DNA of 248,000 bases, from positions 189,740,001 through 189,988,000 of the forward strand of contig OX597815.1 of NCBI GenBank assembly GCA_951406725.2. The letters run 5' to 3'. Position numbers and translations under genes: made by a program. Every line of letters begins with the position of its first letter. The stretch's first letter is position 1. This document shows, piece after piece, positions 108,393 to 124,789 of the stretch. The notes under the pieces are model-generated. The model saw nothing but the letters and a program-made list of their open reading frames with translations. It was not told the DNA's origin and made no database searches. Source of the DNA: Octopus vulgaris. Its lineage: Eukaryota.

Positions 108393-110718
108393 TTGGGGAA
108401 ATTTTGAACCTGGGTTCTCATTCCTAAGGTATTTTTCGATGTCATTATTATTATTGTGGTGGTGGTGGCAGTGGTGGTGATGGTGGTGGTGGTGGTGCTG
108501 GTGCTGTTGCTGCTGCTAGTAATAGTAGTATTAATAGTAATAGTAGTAGTAGAAGCAGCAACTTTATACAGTAATATATAGTTTTTTTTATAAACAAAAT
108601 ACAAATGATTCAATATTGACAGTATTATATGAAAGTGAAGTACTCACACACACACACACACACACATGCACATCAAACAGTAATTTCTTTCATACAACAG
108701 ATACACCTAGTGAAAGTGAATAATTAATTCATTAATAAATAATTAGACTCTTGTAATGCTAATAATGATTATCAAAATTAAATAACCATAGTATATAGCC
108801 ACATATGAAAAGCCTGCAATTAGACAGCAAAATGTCTAACAGTTGGCAAACTTTATATTTCATTATATTAATTCCATTGATTACAGTTTGAATACAATGG
108901 CCGTTAGAGTTATTAGTAAACACTGCTTAATTCTTGGCTTATGATGTTGTTAAATATTTTACATCTTTACATGGATTTGTGTGTGTGAAGACGTGTGTTG
109001 GTAGTTGGAGTAATTAGTGAAATAAGTTAGTTATTGGAATAAAATATTTCTTCTTCTTTCAATCATTTGTAAAATTGGTAAAATATGGATTTGGACAGTA
109101 TTGTTTCCGTTACTTTGTCATTGGTGTTGGTGTTGTTGCTGCCTTTGTTTAGCTTCAGATCAACCTTTATAATTGAGGGCACTCCAGCTGTAGCCAATCT
109201 GTCATATTTTTATATTTATTTTATATTTATATATATTTATGTATATTTATTTTATATTTATATATATTTTTTTCAAGTAAATTTCATCTAAGAACACATG
109301 TTGCAATATATTATTTCTATTTTTTAAAGTGTGATATGAAAGATATACAGCTGCTATTTCTAGCATATCTAGTAACTATATAGACCAGACATTCTCAACC
109401 AGGCTCCATGCAATCCCTGGGAGTACACATATAAGTTTTGAGTATTCGCACAAGCAAAATAGTAAATTTCTGTGTTCCTTTCTGTCGAAGAGCATAGGCT
109501 CGAAATGTAAAAGACTTTCTCACTTCCTGAGCATTAAGCTAATACATCAGTTTGTTGTTTACACACCCATCTTTGTCTTTTGTTTTTTCGTAAATTCTAC
109601 CTATATACTGTCACCTTTTATAGCATTTTATTTATATTCCTTCGATCTTATATAGCTCTAATACATCACAAATTTTTCTACACATATACATCTTTTATCT
109701 TTTATCTTTCACTTGTTTCAGTCATTTGACTGCGGCCATGCTGGGTCACCACCTTTAGTCGAGCAAATTGACCCCAGGACTTATTCTTTGTAAGCCTGGT
109801 ACTTATTCTATCGGTCTTTTTTGCCGAACCGCTAAGTTACAGGGATATAAACATACCAGCATCGGTCGTCAAGCAATGTTGGGGGGACAAACACAGACAC
109901 ACTTATATATACATATATACAATGGGCTTCTTTCAGTTTAGTAGACGGAAACTGAAAGAAGCCTGTCGTATATATGTATATGTATGTGCGCGTATATGTT
110001 TGTGTGTTTGTATTTGTCCCTCCAACATCACTTGACAACCGATGCAGGTGTGCTTACATCCTGTAACTTAGTGGTTCGACAAAAGAGACCAATAGAATAA
110101 GTACTAGGCTTACAAAGAATAAGTCCTGGGGTCAATGTGCTCGACTAAAGGTGGTGCTCCAGCATGGCCACAGTCAAATGACTGAAACGAGTAAAAGAGT
110201 AAGAGTATATATATACACACACACACATATATATATATATATAAGGCCCCCGTGCCGGTGGCACGTAAAAAGCACCATCCGTCCGTGGCCGTTTGCCAGC
110301 TCCGTCTGGCTCCTGTGCGGGTGGCACGTAAAAAGCACCCACTACACTCACGGAGTGGTTGGCGTTAGGAAGGGCATCCAGCCATAGAAACACTGCCAGA
110401 TCAGACTGGGCCTCGTGCAGCCTTCTGGCTTCACAGACCCCAGTTGAAACGTCCAACCCATGCGGACGCTAAATGATGATGATGATGATGATGATATATA
110501 TTATATATATATATATGTGTGTATGTATGTATGTGTGTATAAACACACACACACACACACACTGATATATGTACATGTGTATGTGTGCATATACATTTGT
110601 TTTGTTTGTACATGTCTGTAATTGCCTTGTTATGCTCATGTTCATACATAGACATATATTGCAGTAGTATATGTGGAGATATACCATATATGGGGTATAA
110701 CGTATGTCAGCATGCATG

Positions 110719-110753
<35 letters not shown>

Positions 110754-111510
110754 ATACTGTATGTAAATTCATTTCTGTTTGGAAATTATTTTTACTATAG
110801 GATTACATTTAAGTATACATTCGTATTCATGTGAAACTATCTGTATATATATATATATGTGTGTGAACATGCATGTAATATCAATGTGTATACACATATA
110901 ATATATGTGAACTTGTGTATTTATGTCTGTGTATACTTATTAAAGAGATTTAATTCTTTGAAGTACAAAATCCATTAAAATAAACTTTAACATGAATTAA
111001 GTAATCTTGCTTAGTTTGACCGACTTCAAAGACTCAAAATGCACTCCATTAATTCTATTTCATACAGAATTAGAATTTTTAAGCACCTCATACCCTTACA
111101 CTTAATCAGTATCATATAAGAATAAATATATGGGATAAGGGTAAACTCTAGATATTAATTAAAATACTATGCATTCCTATTACATAGCTATCGGCTTCTC
111201 TATGAACAAAACTTCAAATGGAATAAAATATTTTAAAAGTTTTGCAAATTACAAAGAAATGTTATGCAGTTTTTTCAAAACATATTTTATTGTCGACCAC
111301 AATAAAATTTTTTCAAGAAAAAAAAAAAAGTAATTTTAGTGGAAACATTCATGTTTCTAGAACATTCAGACTGTTAAGAATATGTTAATTAAATCAAAAC
111401 AAAGAATTTCTTATATGTAACAAATTTACATTTAACGCCATTTATCTTCAAGCTGCCAAGATAGAAAAAGAAAAAGAAAAAAAGCTCAGATAAATTTTAC
111501 ATCACTTCAG

Positions 111511-111598
111511 ATTGTGAAAGAGGAAGAATGTTCTGTTGCTAAACACTTGTTCCATAACTTGGAGCCAAATATCTCAATTCTTCTAAATACCAAAGCTG
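111511..111598 (+). CDS. Candidate exon (IVKEEECSVAKHLFHNLEPNISILLNTKA)
   Basis: TTTTACATCACTTCAG acceptor, GTAACT donor, one open frame; protein not recognised. Confidence 0.2.
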
Positions 111599-113206
111599 GT
111601 AACTTTGCTTGATGAAAGAAGTAAAGAAATAGAATAAAGTAGAGAAGAATATCAGTAAGTTCTCTACATATTTACATAAAGGTGAGAATGATAGACAGGC
111701 AGACAGAGACAGAGAAATAGAAGAGTATATGTATACCTGTGTAAGTATGTGTTTGTGTATATGTGATTTTATGTGTGTGTTTGCAGGGATGGGTGGGGCT
111801 GGAAATAAAGTAAGCAATAAAGTTTTAATTTGAAGGAACACAAGTTAATGATAGATTAATGATAGATAATTAATGATAAACAATAAAAGATAGGTGTGTA
111901 AGAAGCAGTCTATGAAGTTTACCTTAAAAGTGAGTTTCTCTCACATGTTTCCTTTCATTTGAAGTTTTATTCATAGAGAAGCTGAAAGTTGCGTAATAGG
112001 AACAGTTAGTATTTTAATTGATATCTCAAGTTTACCCTTATCCCATGTATTTATTCTTAAATGACACTGACTGAGTGGAAATTATATGTGCTTCTTAAAA
112101 GTTTTTCTAACACCAATTACAGCTAACTTTATAGATGAGAAAAACATCCTATTTATTTGTATGTCTATACTGTTGACTGTCTGCCTAACGTCATTGGATT
112201 TCGAATGACATGAAGAAACAAACCATCAATGTAGAGAAAGTAATTTTAATTGTGAATTACTGCATAGATTTTTATTCTACATGATGTCATCGTTGTTATT
112301 GCTTAGCCTATGAATTGGTAAAATCATTAGAGAGATGTCCAAAATATTGGTGGCATTTAGAAATGACTCTTTACATTCTGAGTTCAAATCCCACTGAGAT
112401 CAGTCTTACCTTTTATGCTTCCAAGCAAGGGCAATAAAGTGAAGTAGCAATCAAGTAATGGGGTTGATTTAATATTGTTATAAAGCACCCTAGATGTTAA
112501 TGGAATTATAATATAAGATGAAGGCTAGCCCCAGGTCAACGTTGATCAGGTAGACATATATTGGAATGGATTTCAACTATGACCACCTTGTAACTCCATC
112601 TCAAGGATTTGGTAATTAAATGTCGCTTCCTATTTTTAAGATGAAAGCCTGCAATTTGAGAGAAATTTTTCTGCTATTTCCTGCAGATCAAAAACACACA
112701 TCGAGGCTGTCTCCGTGGTTCATATTCTACTTGTAATGGTTTCCACTTCTTTTTAATTGTCACTTGTTTCAGTCATTGGACTGTGGCCATGCTGGGGCAC
112801 TATCTTGAAGGGCTTGGTTGATCATATCAACTCCGATATCTATTTTAAATCTGGCATATATTTCTTCAATCTCCTCTTGCCAGACAACTAAATTAAAGGA
112901 TGTTAATAAACCAGCAATAGTTATCAAGGAGTAAGGCACAAAGACAAACAGAAAGACCACACAGCCATACACAGGTATTGCTGTGTAGTTATGAAGTTTG
113001 CTTCCCATGCAAATGGTTTTGGGTTCATTGTGTGGCACCTTGTGCAAGTGTCTTCTACTATAGCCTTAAACCTACCAATGCCTTGTGAGTAGATGTGGTC
113101 GATGGAAACTTAAAAAAGCCTGTTGTATGTGTGTGTGTGTTTATATATATAACCCGTGCTAGCGCGGAAAACGGACGTTAAACGATAATGATGATGATGA
113201 TGATGA

Positions 113207-113248
<42 letters not shown>

Positions 113249-114769
113249 CATCCAAGCATGATCATTGCCAGGGCCGCTGACTGATTCCCATGCCAGTGGC
113301 ATGTAAAAAGCACCATTCAAACATGGTCATTACCAGCATCACCTTACTGGCACTTGTGCTGGTGGCACGTGAAAGACAACATTGAGCGAGGTCGTTGTCA
113401 GTACCGTCTGACTGGCCTTGGTGCCGGTGGCACGTAAAAGCACCCACTACACTCTTGGAGTGGTTGGCGTTAGGAACGGCATCCATCTGTAGAAACTCTG
113501 CCAAATCAAGATTGGAGCCAGTGCAGCCATTTGGCTTGCCAGTCCTCAGTCAACCCATGCCAGCATGGAAAGCAGACGTTAAATGATGATGATGAGGAGG
113601 AGGAAGTGGAGGAGGAGGAGGAGGAGGAGGAAGTGGAGGAGGAGGAGGATATATTGTTGCTTTTTTTTTAAACAGAGGAAAAGTACTTTTCCAAACTCAC
113701 AAATCATTCATCTGTGAAATGAGAGCGGACTTTATTTTTAAGCTCAGCAGGTTATGGAAAAGCAAGGCTAAGTTGTCTGTTTTAGAACACAGGACATCGC
113801 TTCTAAAAGATGTAAAATAAATATTGCAAAAACGTTCGCCAAATGTAATATCGTATATTAAATATTTTATTGACAGAAGCTCCAACTTGCATGGGGTTTC
113901 TTATATGAGATGTGTCTGTCACGAAAACTTCAGAAAATAGTTCATGACACGTAAGTTTGTCAGATGATATAGTCTAAAATGAAGTTTCTTATAGCTTATA
114001 GCATCATTCTTAAAGGGAAAAATAGAACATTATATGACAGAAACGTTAATGCAATAACTGTAAAATTTATGAACTCTTTCCTGCAGGACACAGGAGAAAA
114101 TATGTAACAGACCAATATAACTCCATGACCTCAAAAAAAATCAATCACATCAATCACAATTATCTGATACAAATTGAAGTATAATTTCTTGTCTCTTCAT
114201 AGTGCTAATATCCAGTCATTTTCACCCTGACATTAAATACTCAATAAATATCATTTTTCATTCATTTCTTTTTCAATAGACTATGACAAACATTCTTTAC
114301 GAATGAAAGAATCATGCCACAAAGATTCAAGGCAGAAACACAACATGGCAACGGAAATACAACAAATATCACAGAATCAGAAATAGAACAAGCATTTCTG
114401 AAGAAAGACATTATTGCAAATAGGGTACAATAAACATCAAAACACTCTAGAATTGACTGAAAGTGTAAGTAAAGACAACAGGAAAACCCATCATCATAAG
114501 AACATGTCAGATGCGTTTTCAATAATCAGCATCAATTATATAGTTTTCAGTTACTTCATCAGAATATTCTTTGCTTTCATTCTATTTATGTTATTAGAGT
114601 TGCATGGCATAGCTTTATGGTTATGGAGTTGGGTTATTAAACCATGTGGTTCCATGTTTGGTCTCAGAGCACATGCAGCACTTCATGCAACAGTTTTCTA
114701 CCATGGGTTTTAAGTTGACACCAATGTCTAGTGACTGAACATTGGTTGATGGAAGCAATATAGATACCC

Positions 114770-114905
<136 letters not shown>

Positions 114906-115630
114906 CCATTCGTCGGACAGTTTTGTTTTTGATAAAGCATATTACTCTACCTCTGGTATTTGAGTACTCTTTTTTCCACCTTGTTTCATATTTATGTGCT
115001 TACTCCAGTATATATATATATGCACATACATATATCGTTATCATTTATTTTTATCTTTTCCTTGTTTCAGTCATTAGACTGTGGCCATGCTGGGGCACTG
115101 CCTTGAAGAATTTTTAGTCAAATGAATCAAACCCGGTTCTTCTTATTATTTTTAACCCTGGTACGTATTCTATTGGTCTCTTTTACTGAACCACTAAGTT
115201 ACAGGGATGTAAACAGACCAACACTGTTTGTCAAGCAGTGGTGACAAGGTGGGACACAAGCGCAGACACAAAATACATGCGCGTATGCACACACATTCAG
115301 CGACAGGCTTCATTCAGTTTCCATTTACCAAATCCACTCACAAGTCTTTGGTTGCCCTGAGAATATAGCAGAAAACACTTGCCAAGCAATGGCGCCAAAC
115401 CTGGAGTTTAATGCTACTGAATTAAACTTCTTACTTCACAACCACCGTGATGTTGCTTAAATTATGCAACATGTGTGGTAAGTAGCTTGCTTACGAACCA
115501 CATGGTTCCGGGTTCAGTCCCACTGCATGACACCTTGGGCAAGTGTCTTCTACTATAGTCTCGGGCCAACCAAAGCCTTGTGAGTGGATTTGGTAGACGG
115601 AAACTGAAAGAAGACCGTCGTATATATGTG

Positions 115631-115661
<31 letters not shown>

Positions 115662-116405
115662 ATATGTTTGTGTGTCTGTGTTTGTCTACCCAACATCGAT
115701 TGACAACCGATGCTGGTGTGTTTATGTCCCTGTAACTTAGCAGTTTGGTAAAAGAGACTGATAGAATAAGTACTAGGCTTACAAAGAATAAGTCCCGGGG
115801 TCGATTTTCTCGACTAAAGGCGGTGCTCCAGCATGGCCACAGTCAAATGACTGAAACAAGTAAAAGAGTAAAGAGTATGTTTCCATAGCATTGTTATTTA
115901 TTTGTTCTTTTATGTGTTACATCACATGATTACATAATCAGACTATATCGTCAGGCATTTTAGACAGTTGACAGTAAAAAAAATGACTAGCAGAAATTTC
116001 ACTTCAAAGTTTATTTTACCTATAAATTGTTCAAAATGCCTGGAAAAAATGATCTGGTAATATAATTATGTAATGTAACACATTAATAAGCAAATAAATA
116101 AGCAGGCTACAGAAACATAAGTAGCATGATTTAAATAACAATGCTATTAATATTCTTTTATTATATTTTCCACCACGTTAAGTGTACTGTGATTGTTGTT
116201 AAGTATGATGGATTTACTGAGTACTTAATATCATAATTTAAGTAGTTAATATTGCACTGTCTCTTCTGTTGACTGTTTGATAGGCAGTGACTATCATCAG
116301 TATTCCTGCTGAGTATTCTGTTAGCCAAATACACACTTCAGTCACCTGAGTTAATCACCTGAGTTATTTGCCAGGACTATTTAGATCTCCACTACTTGGT
116401 ATATA

Positions 116406-116437
<32 letters not shown>

Positions 116438-119011
116438 AATTTAAATAAATTTAAATAATTTAAATTTTAAATTTTATATTTTATATATTTTGTAAATTAT
116501 TTTAATTATTTTTATTTTTATGTTTTGGTTTATGTTTTTCACTGTTTGATTTGCCTAATAGTGGTTTTATCACTAATTTAATTTATATATATATATATAT
116601 ATATATACATATATACACGTATATGTGTCTGTGTGTCTATGTATATATATGTAGAGAGAGAGAGAGAGAGAGAGAGAGATACAAACACACATACACGAAC
116701 ACACGTTCTCACTTTTAAGTTTACCTCTACAGATTTTGTATGCAATTCAGTGCTAGCAATGAAAGTTATGACCATTTGTATACAAATGTTTATGCAAGCA
116801 ATAAGATCAAAGATAGGGTAATTGGTGTATATGCATATTTCACATGGTTGGTGGGAAGGGGTAAGCTGAATAACATCGACCCCAGTGCTCAACTGGTACT
116901 TATTTTATCAACCCTGAATGGATGAAAGGTAAAGTCGACCTCAGCAGAATTTAAACTTAGAACATGAAGATGGAGGAAATATCACTAAGAATTTTGCCTG
117001 GCATGCTAATGATTCTACTAGCTTGCCACCTTTTCCTCTTATCTAATACTAGCACTATAGCCCGGCGTTGCTCAGGTCTGTTTTTTAGTTGCACTTAAAA
117101 TGGCAGACTTTAGAATTGGAATTTTTGAAAAGTAAAACGTTTGCATTATGTAGCTTGTTATTCTCTTTAAGTGAACATTTTTCTGGTTGAAATACACCAA
117201 AAAATGGCGACACAGCAGTCAAAAAATCATTTAAAAAATAGAGATCTTCATAGAAAAAAAGCTCCTTTTTGATGTAAATAATTTTTGGTGTTAACATGGT
117301 CCAATTTGAATTTGTTCTTCTACAGAAGAAAGAGCAAGCCTTCTTCTATCACACTTTCAATTTTGGTCAACTTGCACCGCAGCGTGTCGGAGGAGATAAT
117401 GCTAGTTGAAGGCTACCAAACCTGCCACATACACACACACAGACAACTTCAGCTTTATATATATAGATAACATGTCATTTCTGTTCGGTTTACTTACTGA
117501 CTTTAAGCAGTAACAAACAATGGTAGATTGTTAACAGTTTATGCCGTTCTCTCTCTCTTAAAATTTATAAATTATTCACTTTTGTTTTTGAAGTGGAATA
117601 AATTTTGCACATTTAGACATTTAAGAATTGTTAAAGTAATTGTTTTTACAGCTGAATGGTTTTTTGTACTCTAATGGTTATATAATGGTTTATCAGAAGT
117701 GTCAGGAAAACTGGTTTTAGTAATAATATTTAAAGTAAAGAACCTGTACCAAGCAGTCTTAACTAGGTGACCCATAGAAAATATCTCAGGGACATGTTCT
117801 GCATGCAAATAGGAATAGCATTTGTATTTGTGTACCATTTCTCCGTTTTTTACTGTCCTTCTTTTGTATACATTTGCTGCTTTCTTCCAAGGAATCTAGT
117901 GCTCTTAGTTTAGATTTTCCTTGGGGCTGGCCAGATTGAAGCAGTCTTGAGTATAACCAGTCAAAACTGCAAAGATGATCTGGAACTCGACTGAGGAAAG
118001 AAAACTCCGAATGACCCATCCTTGTTTTCTCTTGTCCCTTTTTGTATCATCTGTCTGGATGGTTTGTCGTCGCCTGTTGTATTCTTGTCCCACTTTTTGT
118101 ATTCTTATATATATATATATATATATATATTACGGAGATGTACTTGCATAGCAAGTGACCTGATCTGAGATCGTGTGCTGGAACGGTTTTTGTGTGTTTC
118201 TTAAATGGCTTATAAACACCTTCCACGCTGCAATTGTTTATATATATATATATGTGCGTGTGTATGTGTGTGTGTGTGTGTATACAGGGTAAGAGTTATT
118301 AAAACAATAACTTTTACCAGGGGTCAGCATACGTAATAAAAGTCAGAAAAAATAAATATTTCTATATAACAGTGTATAAAAAATTTACACACACAGAGAA
118401 GGCCACCATGTGGACTTCTAACATGCTGAAAAGAGCAGTCAAAACCCAGACTACGAAAACAAAGATTCTTCTTTAAGGCATGTTGCTTTTAAGTGAGCAG
118501 GATATCTAAATGAATAAAAGTCTCAGTTAAGCCTATACCCATTGAGTTTCTGCATTAATGATCAAATAATCTTTCTTTTCAGGGTTTGAGTTTTGACTGC
118601 CTTTTTCATCATGTAAGAAGTCCACATAGTGGCCTTCTCTCCGTGTATAAATTTTTCATACACTATTATAAATATATATATTTCGTTTTGGTTTGCAAGA
118701 TTCTTTATATGAGTTCGTGTGTTGAAGCATATTCTGTTGTGTCTGGGGAGAGTCACTTTCTTTTTGTGCCTTATTATTCAACACACTCACCGGTAAAATT
118801 TCCACATATTCCTTATTTTTATTTTCTAAAATTTTCGTTGCATGTTGCAACCTTTTCAATAGTTTTGAGAGTCAAAACTATTGAAAAGGTTGCAAAACGC
118901 AACAAAAAATAATTTTAGAAAATAAAAATTAAGAAATAAGTGGAAATTTTACCAGTGAGTGTGTTAAATAATAAGGCACAAAAAGAAAGTGACTCTCCCC
119001 AGACACAACAG

Positions 119012-119049
<38 letters not shown>

Positions 119050-119597
119050 TATATATATTATTATTATCATTATTAATATTAGGAAATCAATATCAAAACT
119101 CCTCAGAAAGATATACATGTGTGAAAATAATTGTTGTATTAAAAATATCTAAATAAATAGATAAATAAATAAATAAATAAATATACATATGTATAAAAAT
119201 ATATGTAAACATGTATAAGTATAAATATATAATGTATACGAGTATCACAGTTAAAAGTTTTGAATTAATTATTTAAATAATTAATTCAAAACTTTTAAAC
119301 TGTCATATACATTATATATTTATACTTATACATATTTACATATATTTTTATACATATTTATATTTACTTATATATTTTTAATGCAACAATTATTTTTCAC
119401 ATGTGTATATCTTTCTGAGGAGTTTTGATAGTGATTTCCTAATATTAATAATAATATATTATTTAAAAATATATATGTATATAATCGCTCATATTAAATA
119501 TATAAATACTTTAATAGTATTAATTCTTTGATACAATTGAGCACTCAATATAAATTCAGTATATAATGTTCTTATTGAATATATCTAACTAAAGATT

Positions 119598-119633
<36 letters not shown>

Positions 119634-120446
119634 CTCCCCCCTCCTCACCTATCCTTTCCCCCCGACCCCTACTTCTTCAGTCCTTCATCCTTTCACCCCT
119701 ACTCCCCTTCCCTTCTTCCCTCTTTCTCCCTCCCTCTTCCCCTTCCCTCTGCTCCCTCACTCCCTCTCTCCCCTTCTCTCTTTCCCTCTCCCTCTTTCCT
119801 CCTTCATCCCCCTCCTCCCCCATCCTCTCCTCTTCTCCCCTCTCCTCCCCCTCTTCTTCCCCTCCCCTTCTCTCCCCCTCTTCTCCCCCTCCCCCTCTTC
119901 TCCTCACTACACCACATGACTTTACACATCACATCACATATGATGTGCCATACTAATACACACACCAACTAATACATACTAATACGTACTAATACATACT
120001 AGTACATACTAATACATACACCAACCCTATACATACACACGTCCAGACCCCGCATACGCACTTATACTCTCTCATACACACACACACACACTTATACATA
120101 CCAATACGTACTAATACATACTAATACATACTAATACATACACCAACCCCATACATACGCACGTCCAGACCAATCCTACGCACTAATACTCTCTCATACA
120201 CACACACACACACACCCTTATACATACTAATACATACACCAACCCTATACATACACACATCCAGACCCCTCCTACGCACTATTAGCTGGTCCCTCAACCC
120301 TTTTATCAACCCTATTATCTCCCCTTATTTCGCTCTCGCGTCTCATGTTTGATCTTTGACCTCTGGCCGAAATCAGATCGCCATGTTGATTCGTTAGCAC
120401 GCATTTTTTTTCTCTCCTTCTTTCTGTGTTTTTCTCTCTCTGTGTA

Positions 120447-120484
120447 TCTTTCTGTTGAAGAGCGTAGGCTCGAAACGTTAAAGA
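120447..120484 (+). ncRNA. Minimal hammerhead-like motif, family c (variant core)
   Basis: TCTTT-CTGTTGA-AGAGC-GTAG-GCTC-GAAACGTT-AAAGA; copies at 135901-135937 (-), 109478-109514, 43470-43507 (-), 33057-33093 (-) and about 247930. Confidence 0.55.
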
Positions 120485-122144
120485 CTTGTTTTATTTATAT
120501 TTCCTGAGCGCCATACTAATACAATTGTTCGTTTGTTTTCCACCTGCCTTCGTCTTTTGTTTATTTTCATAAAGCTTCCCGTTATATATATACATATACA
120601 TATACACACATTTTGGTGTTATTTGAACCCAGAAAGTCAAGAGCTGGAAGAAGCACTGCCAAGTAATTTTCCTGACACACTAATGATTCTGCCAGCTTCC
120701 TGCCTTAAATACCTCTCTAACAATGATTTCAAATTTCGGCACAAGGCCAACAATTTCAAGGGAGTGGTAAATAAAATTATATTGACCCTAGTATTCAACT
120801 GGTATTTATTTTATCAACTCTGAAAGGGTGAAAGGCAAAGTCAATCTCAGTGGAATTTGAACTTGGAATGTAAAGTTGGATGAAATGCCCTAATTAAAAA
120901 TCCTGCCAACTCACTGCCTTAAATACTAATGAGTTTGTGTATCTGGTCTGTTGGTAATATGTCAAATTATTACTTTATAATTCATATTCTGATGGCCCAA
121001 AGTTGCGTAAGTCTGTCGACTGTAAAAGATGAACTTCACTAAACACCATCATCTTCATTTAACGTCTTATTTTTCATGCTGGCATGGATTAGACGATTTT
121101 GAAGGAGCTGGCAAGGTTGAGAGCTGGACCATACTCCATTGTCTGTTTTGGCTTGGTTACTACAGCCTGATACCCTTCCTAACTCCAACTACTTTACAGA
121201 ATTTATATATATATATATATGTGTATATATATATATATATATCTATATATAAGTATAGTCGTCACTACAGTGACAGAGGGTGCCAGTCAGCACCAGAATT
121301 CCTAGAAATACAAGTCGAAACAACTCTTAGCCACGTGAGGACACTTTTCTAATGACTGGCTAAGAGTTGTTTTGACAGTTATTTCTAGCAATGCTGACTG
121401 GGCACCCTCAATTATTTTAGTGGCAACTACGCTTGCAGCCTTTTGAATTGTCAGTCACCACATACAATGTATTTCACTATAAACAGACATCGTGTTGAAT
121501 TGAGGGCAGCAAGCTAACAGAATTTTTTTTTAAATGTGTTATCTCTGTATCGATTGATTTCGGGATTAATCCAATGGATATTTCCTTCATCAGCAGAGAA
121601 TACAATAAGAAATAAATGAAATGCTTACAAGCACCCATGGAAAAAGTAGAAGCAAAGTCATTTGTATGCATAAGCACCCCAAACATATGTAAATATAAAT
121701 TCGGTAACAAGCCTCAATGCATGTGTAATCAGTCAGGAACCACAGCTTAGAGTGGTCACCAGTCCCAAAGTGAATGGTAATAATTTTACTTCTAGTATAG
121801 GATAAAATTTTTCAAAAAATTTCATCAAGTGGCCAGCATATTAAGATATCTTTTAAGGAGAAAATTATAAGCAATTATAATTAAGGGCAGAAGAAAAATT
121901 TGTATGCCAATATGCTGAGAAATATATTGTATATGGTGTTTGATGATTTAAATTCTATTTTTCAGCATATTGGCATAGAAATTTTTCTTTTGCCCTTATT
122001 TATAATTGTGGAGTAGATGAAACAGGGACGACTGATGAAGGGGCATATTCTTTATGTTGCATGTCTCGTGTATACATACATATATATTTATAGATATATG
122101 CATACATACATATATATATGTATGTATATATATATATGCATGTA

Positions 122145-122184
<40 letters not shown>

Positions 122185-122364
122185 CAACAATTGAGGGTAA
122201 AATTAATTAGCTATTAATCAATTTCACCAAGTATTCAGTATGTAAAGGGACCATTTAAGGCGAATTCAAAATATTACATTGTATAAAAGGGCTTAGTAAA
122301 ATAAATTACTTTGCCACATACTGAACTCATTAGAAATAGCAGCCCAAAAAAAGATTTTGTAGCC

Positions 122365-122421
<57 letters not shown>

Positions 122422-123991
122422 AATTAATAAATAAAACATATGCATATATACATACATACATATATGTATGTACCTACCTCTACATGTATATATACATGCA
122501 TATATGGGTACAGGACACCAAAAAAACGTTGAACACAATGAGAAATGAAAACATAAACACAAAACCAAGGAAATGGACATTTTTCTTAAACAACAAAAAA
122601 ATAGAGTACAGGACATACAAAACAAGGAAAATTCCCCTTTTTCAGTCACCTTTGTTTCATCTACTCCACGTTTCAACATCATCATCATCATACAAGGTCT
122701 GTTGTCAATACTGGTATGGGTTGGACAGTTTGACAGAAACTGGCATGGTTGGGAGCCATACCAGGCTCTATCATCTATTTTGTCTTGGTTTCTACAGTTG
122801 GGTGGCGTCCCTAACACTAACCATTTTTTACAGATGTTTTTCATATAGCAAACAATTGGCCCTAAAAATGAATCCTGCTCTATGCCAATAAAGGAATGAA
122901 AACTTTAGATAAAACTCCATTGTAACTACAATGAGGAAAACAGATTAATATTTGTTAACAAATGTATGGATATTTCTTTTGCAGCAATCCTCAATAGAAA
123001 TAAACACAACATTATTAGCTGTGTAAATATATATTTGTTTCCAAATGATAATAAATGAGTGATTGAATCAATCAATCGTACCTATTGTAATCCTGAACAC
123101 AACTTAGCCTAATATTGTTGAACAAACACAAGTTAAACTGGGTCAGTGTTTCAGATTGGAATATCATATCTTAACCAGCAATTGTTAAGTCGTTTCATTC
123201 AATTTACCGAAAAAGTTGTTGATAAAAATCTTTTCTATGAAGAAAAAAAATAAACAAAATTACTGCATAAGTTACAGTGAAACTGGAGTATTAATGATGG
123301 AGAACCATCACTTGTTATGGCACCACACACACAGAGACTGAGATTATATTTTACCTGAAATCATGGACAAGCTTTCCTATTTAACTCATAAAATCAATAC
123401 TTACACTGTAGCTGTTCATAATAGAACAGTAAGTAGTGTTACAAGGAATTTAGGAAGCTTTTGTTTTTGTTAATAATTTAGTATTTTTTTTTCTCTCTTT
123501 GCAAAAAGACAGTTGTAGGTGTTAAAGGTTAGACACAAATACTGCGATGCATTAAATCATGGTTTGCAAAGTTCATGAAATCAAGTAGAAGACCTACAAA
123601 CAGCTACGAGGCCTGAAAAATATATTATTTTCTAGAAGTGTAATCATAAAGACTATCATAAACCATGTTCTTGAAACAATTAGGGTGGAAAGCAAGTCTT
123701 GTTGCATTTCTAACGCATTCGTTTTGGAAGTACTATTTCAATATTTACTCTTTTACTCTTTTACTTGTTTCAGTCATTTGACTGCGGCCATGCTGGAGCA
123801 CCGCCTTTAATCGAGCAACTCGACCCCGGGACTTATTCTTTTGTAAGCCCAGTACTTATTCTATCGGTCTCTTAGCCGAACCGCTAAGTAACGGGGACAT
123901 AAACACACCAGCATCGGTTGTCAAGCAATGCTAGGGGGACAATCACAGACACACAAACACACACATCATCATCATCATCACATCGTTTAGC

Positions 123992-124040
<49 letters not shown>

Positions 124041-124789
124041 TACTACGGGCTTCTTTCAGTTTCCGTCTACCAAATCCACTCACAAGGCTTTGGTCGGCCT
124101 GAGGCAATAGTAGAAGACACTTGCCTAAGGTGCCACGCAGTGGGACTGAACCGGAACCATGTGGTTGGTAAACAAGCTACTTACCACACAGCCACTCCTG
124201 TGCCTATGGAAAAATAAACATTAATGTTTTTTTCTTTCTTCACAGGTTTCTTTATATCATCATCATCATCATTGTTGTTTAACGTCCGTTTTCCATGCTA
124301 GCATGGGTTGGAGGGTTCGACCGGGATCTGGGAGGCCAGGAGGCTGCACCAGGCTCCAGTCTGATCTGGCAGTGTTTCTACAGCTGGATACCCTTCCTAA
124401 CTCCAACCACTCTGTGAGTGTAGTGGGTGCTTTTTACGTGCCACCGGCACAGGGGAAAAATGAATTAAAAAGGCTTTTCTGATAATTTCTCCACTTTAAC
124501 GATTAGATGTTCATAAGTTCACAAAAAGGTGACTCAGATAGGAGTTTGAAAACCACTTTTAAGGGAGAAATTCCTATCAGAGTCACACTTTTGTAAGCTT
124601 ATAAAGATCCAGTTATTAAAGTAATCTTATTAGAGTGTGAAAAGAGGGTTAGGGTTTTTTGAATAACTGTGTGTTTCTTAAATGGCTTACAAACACCTTC
124701 CACACTGCAATTGTTTTCATTCCAGCACACGATCTCAGATCAAATCACTTGCCTTGCGAGTACATCTCCGTAATATATGGAGGTTACTG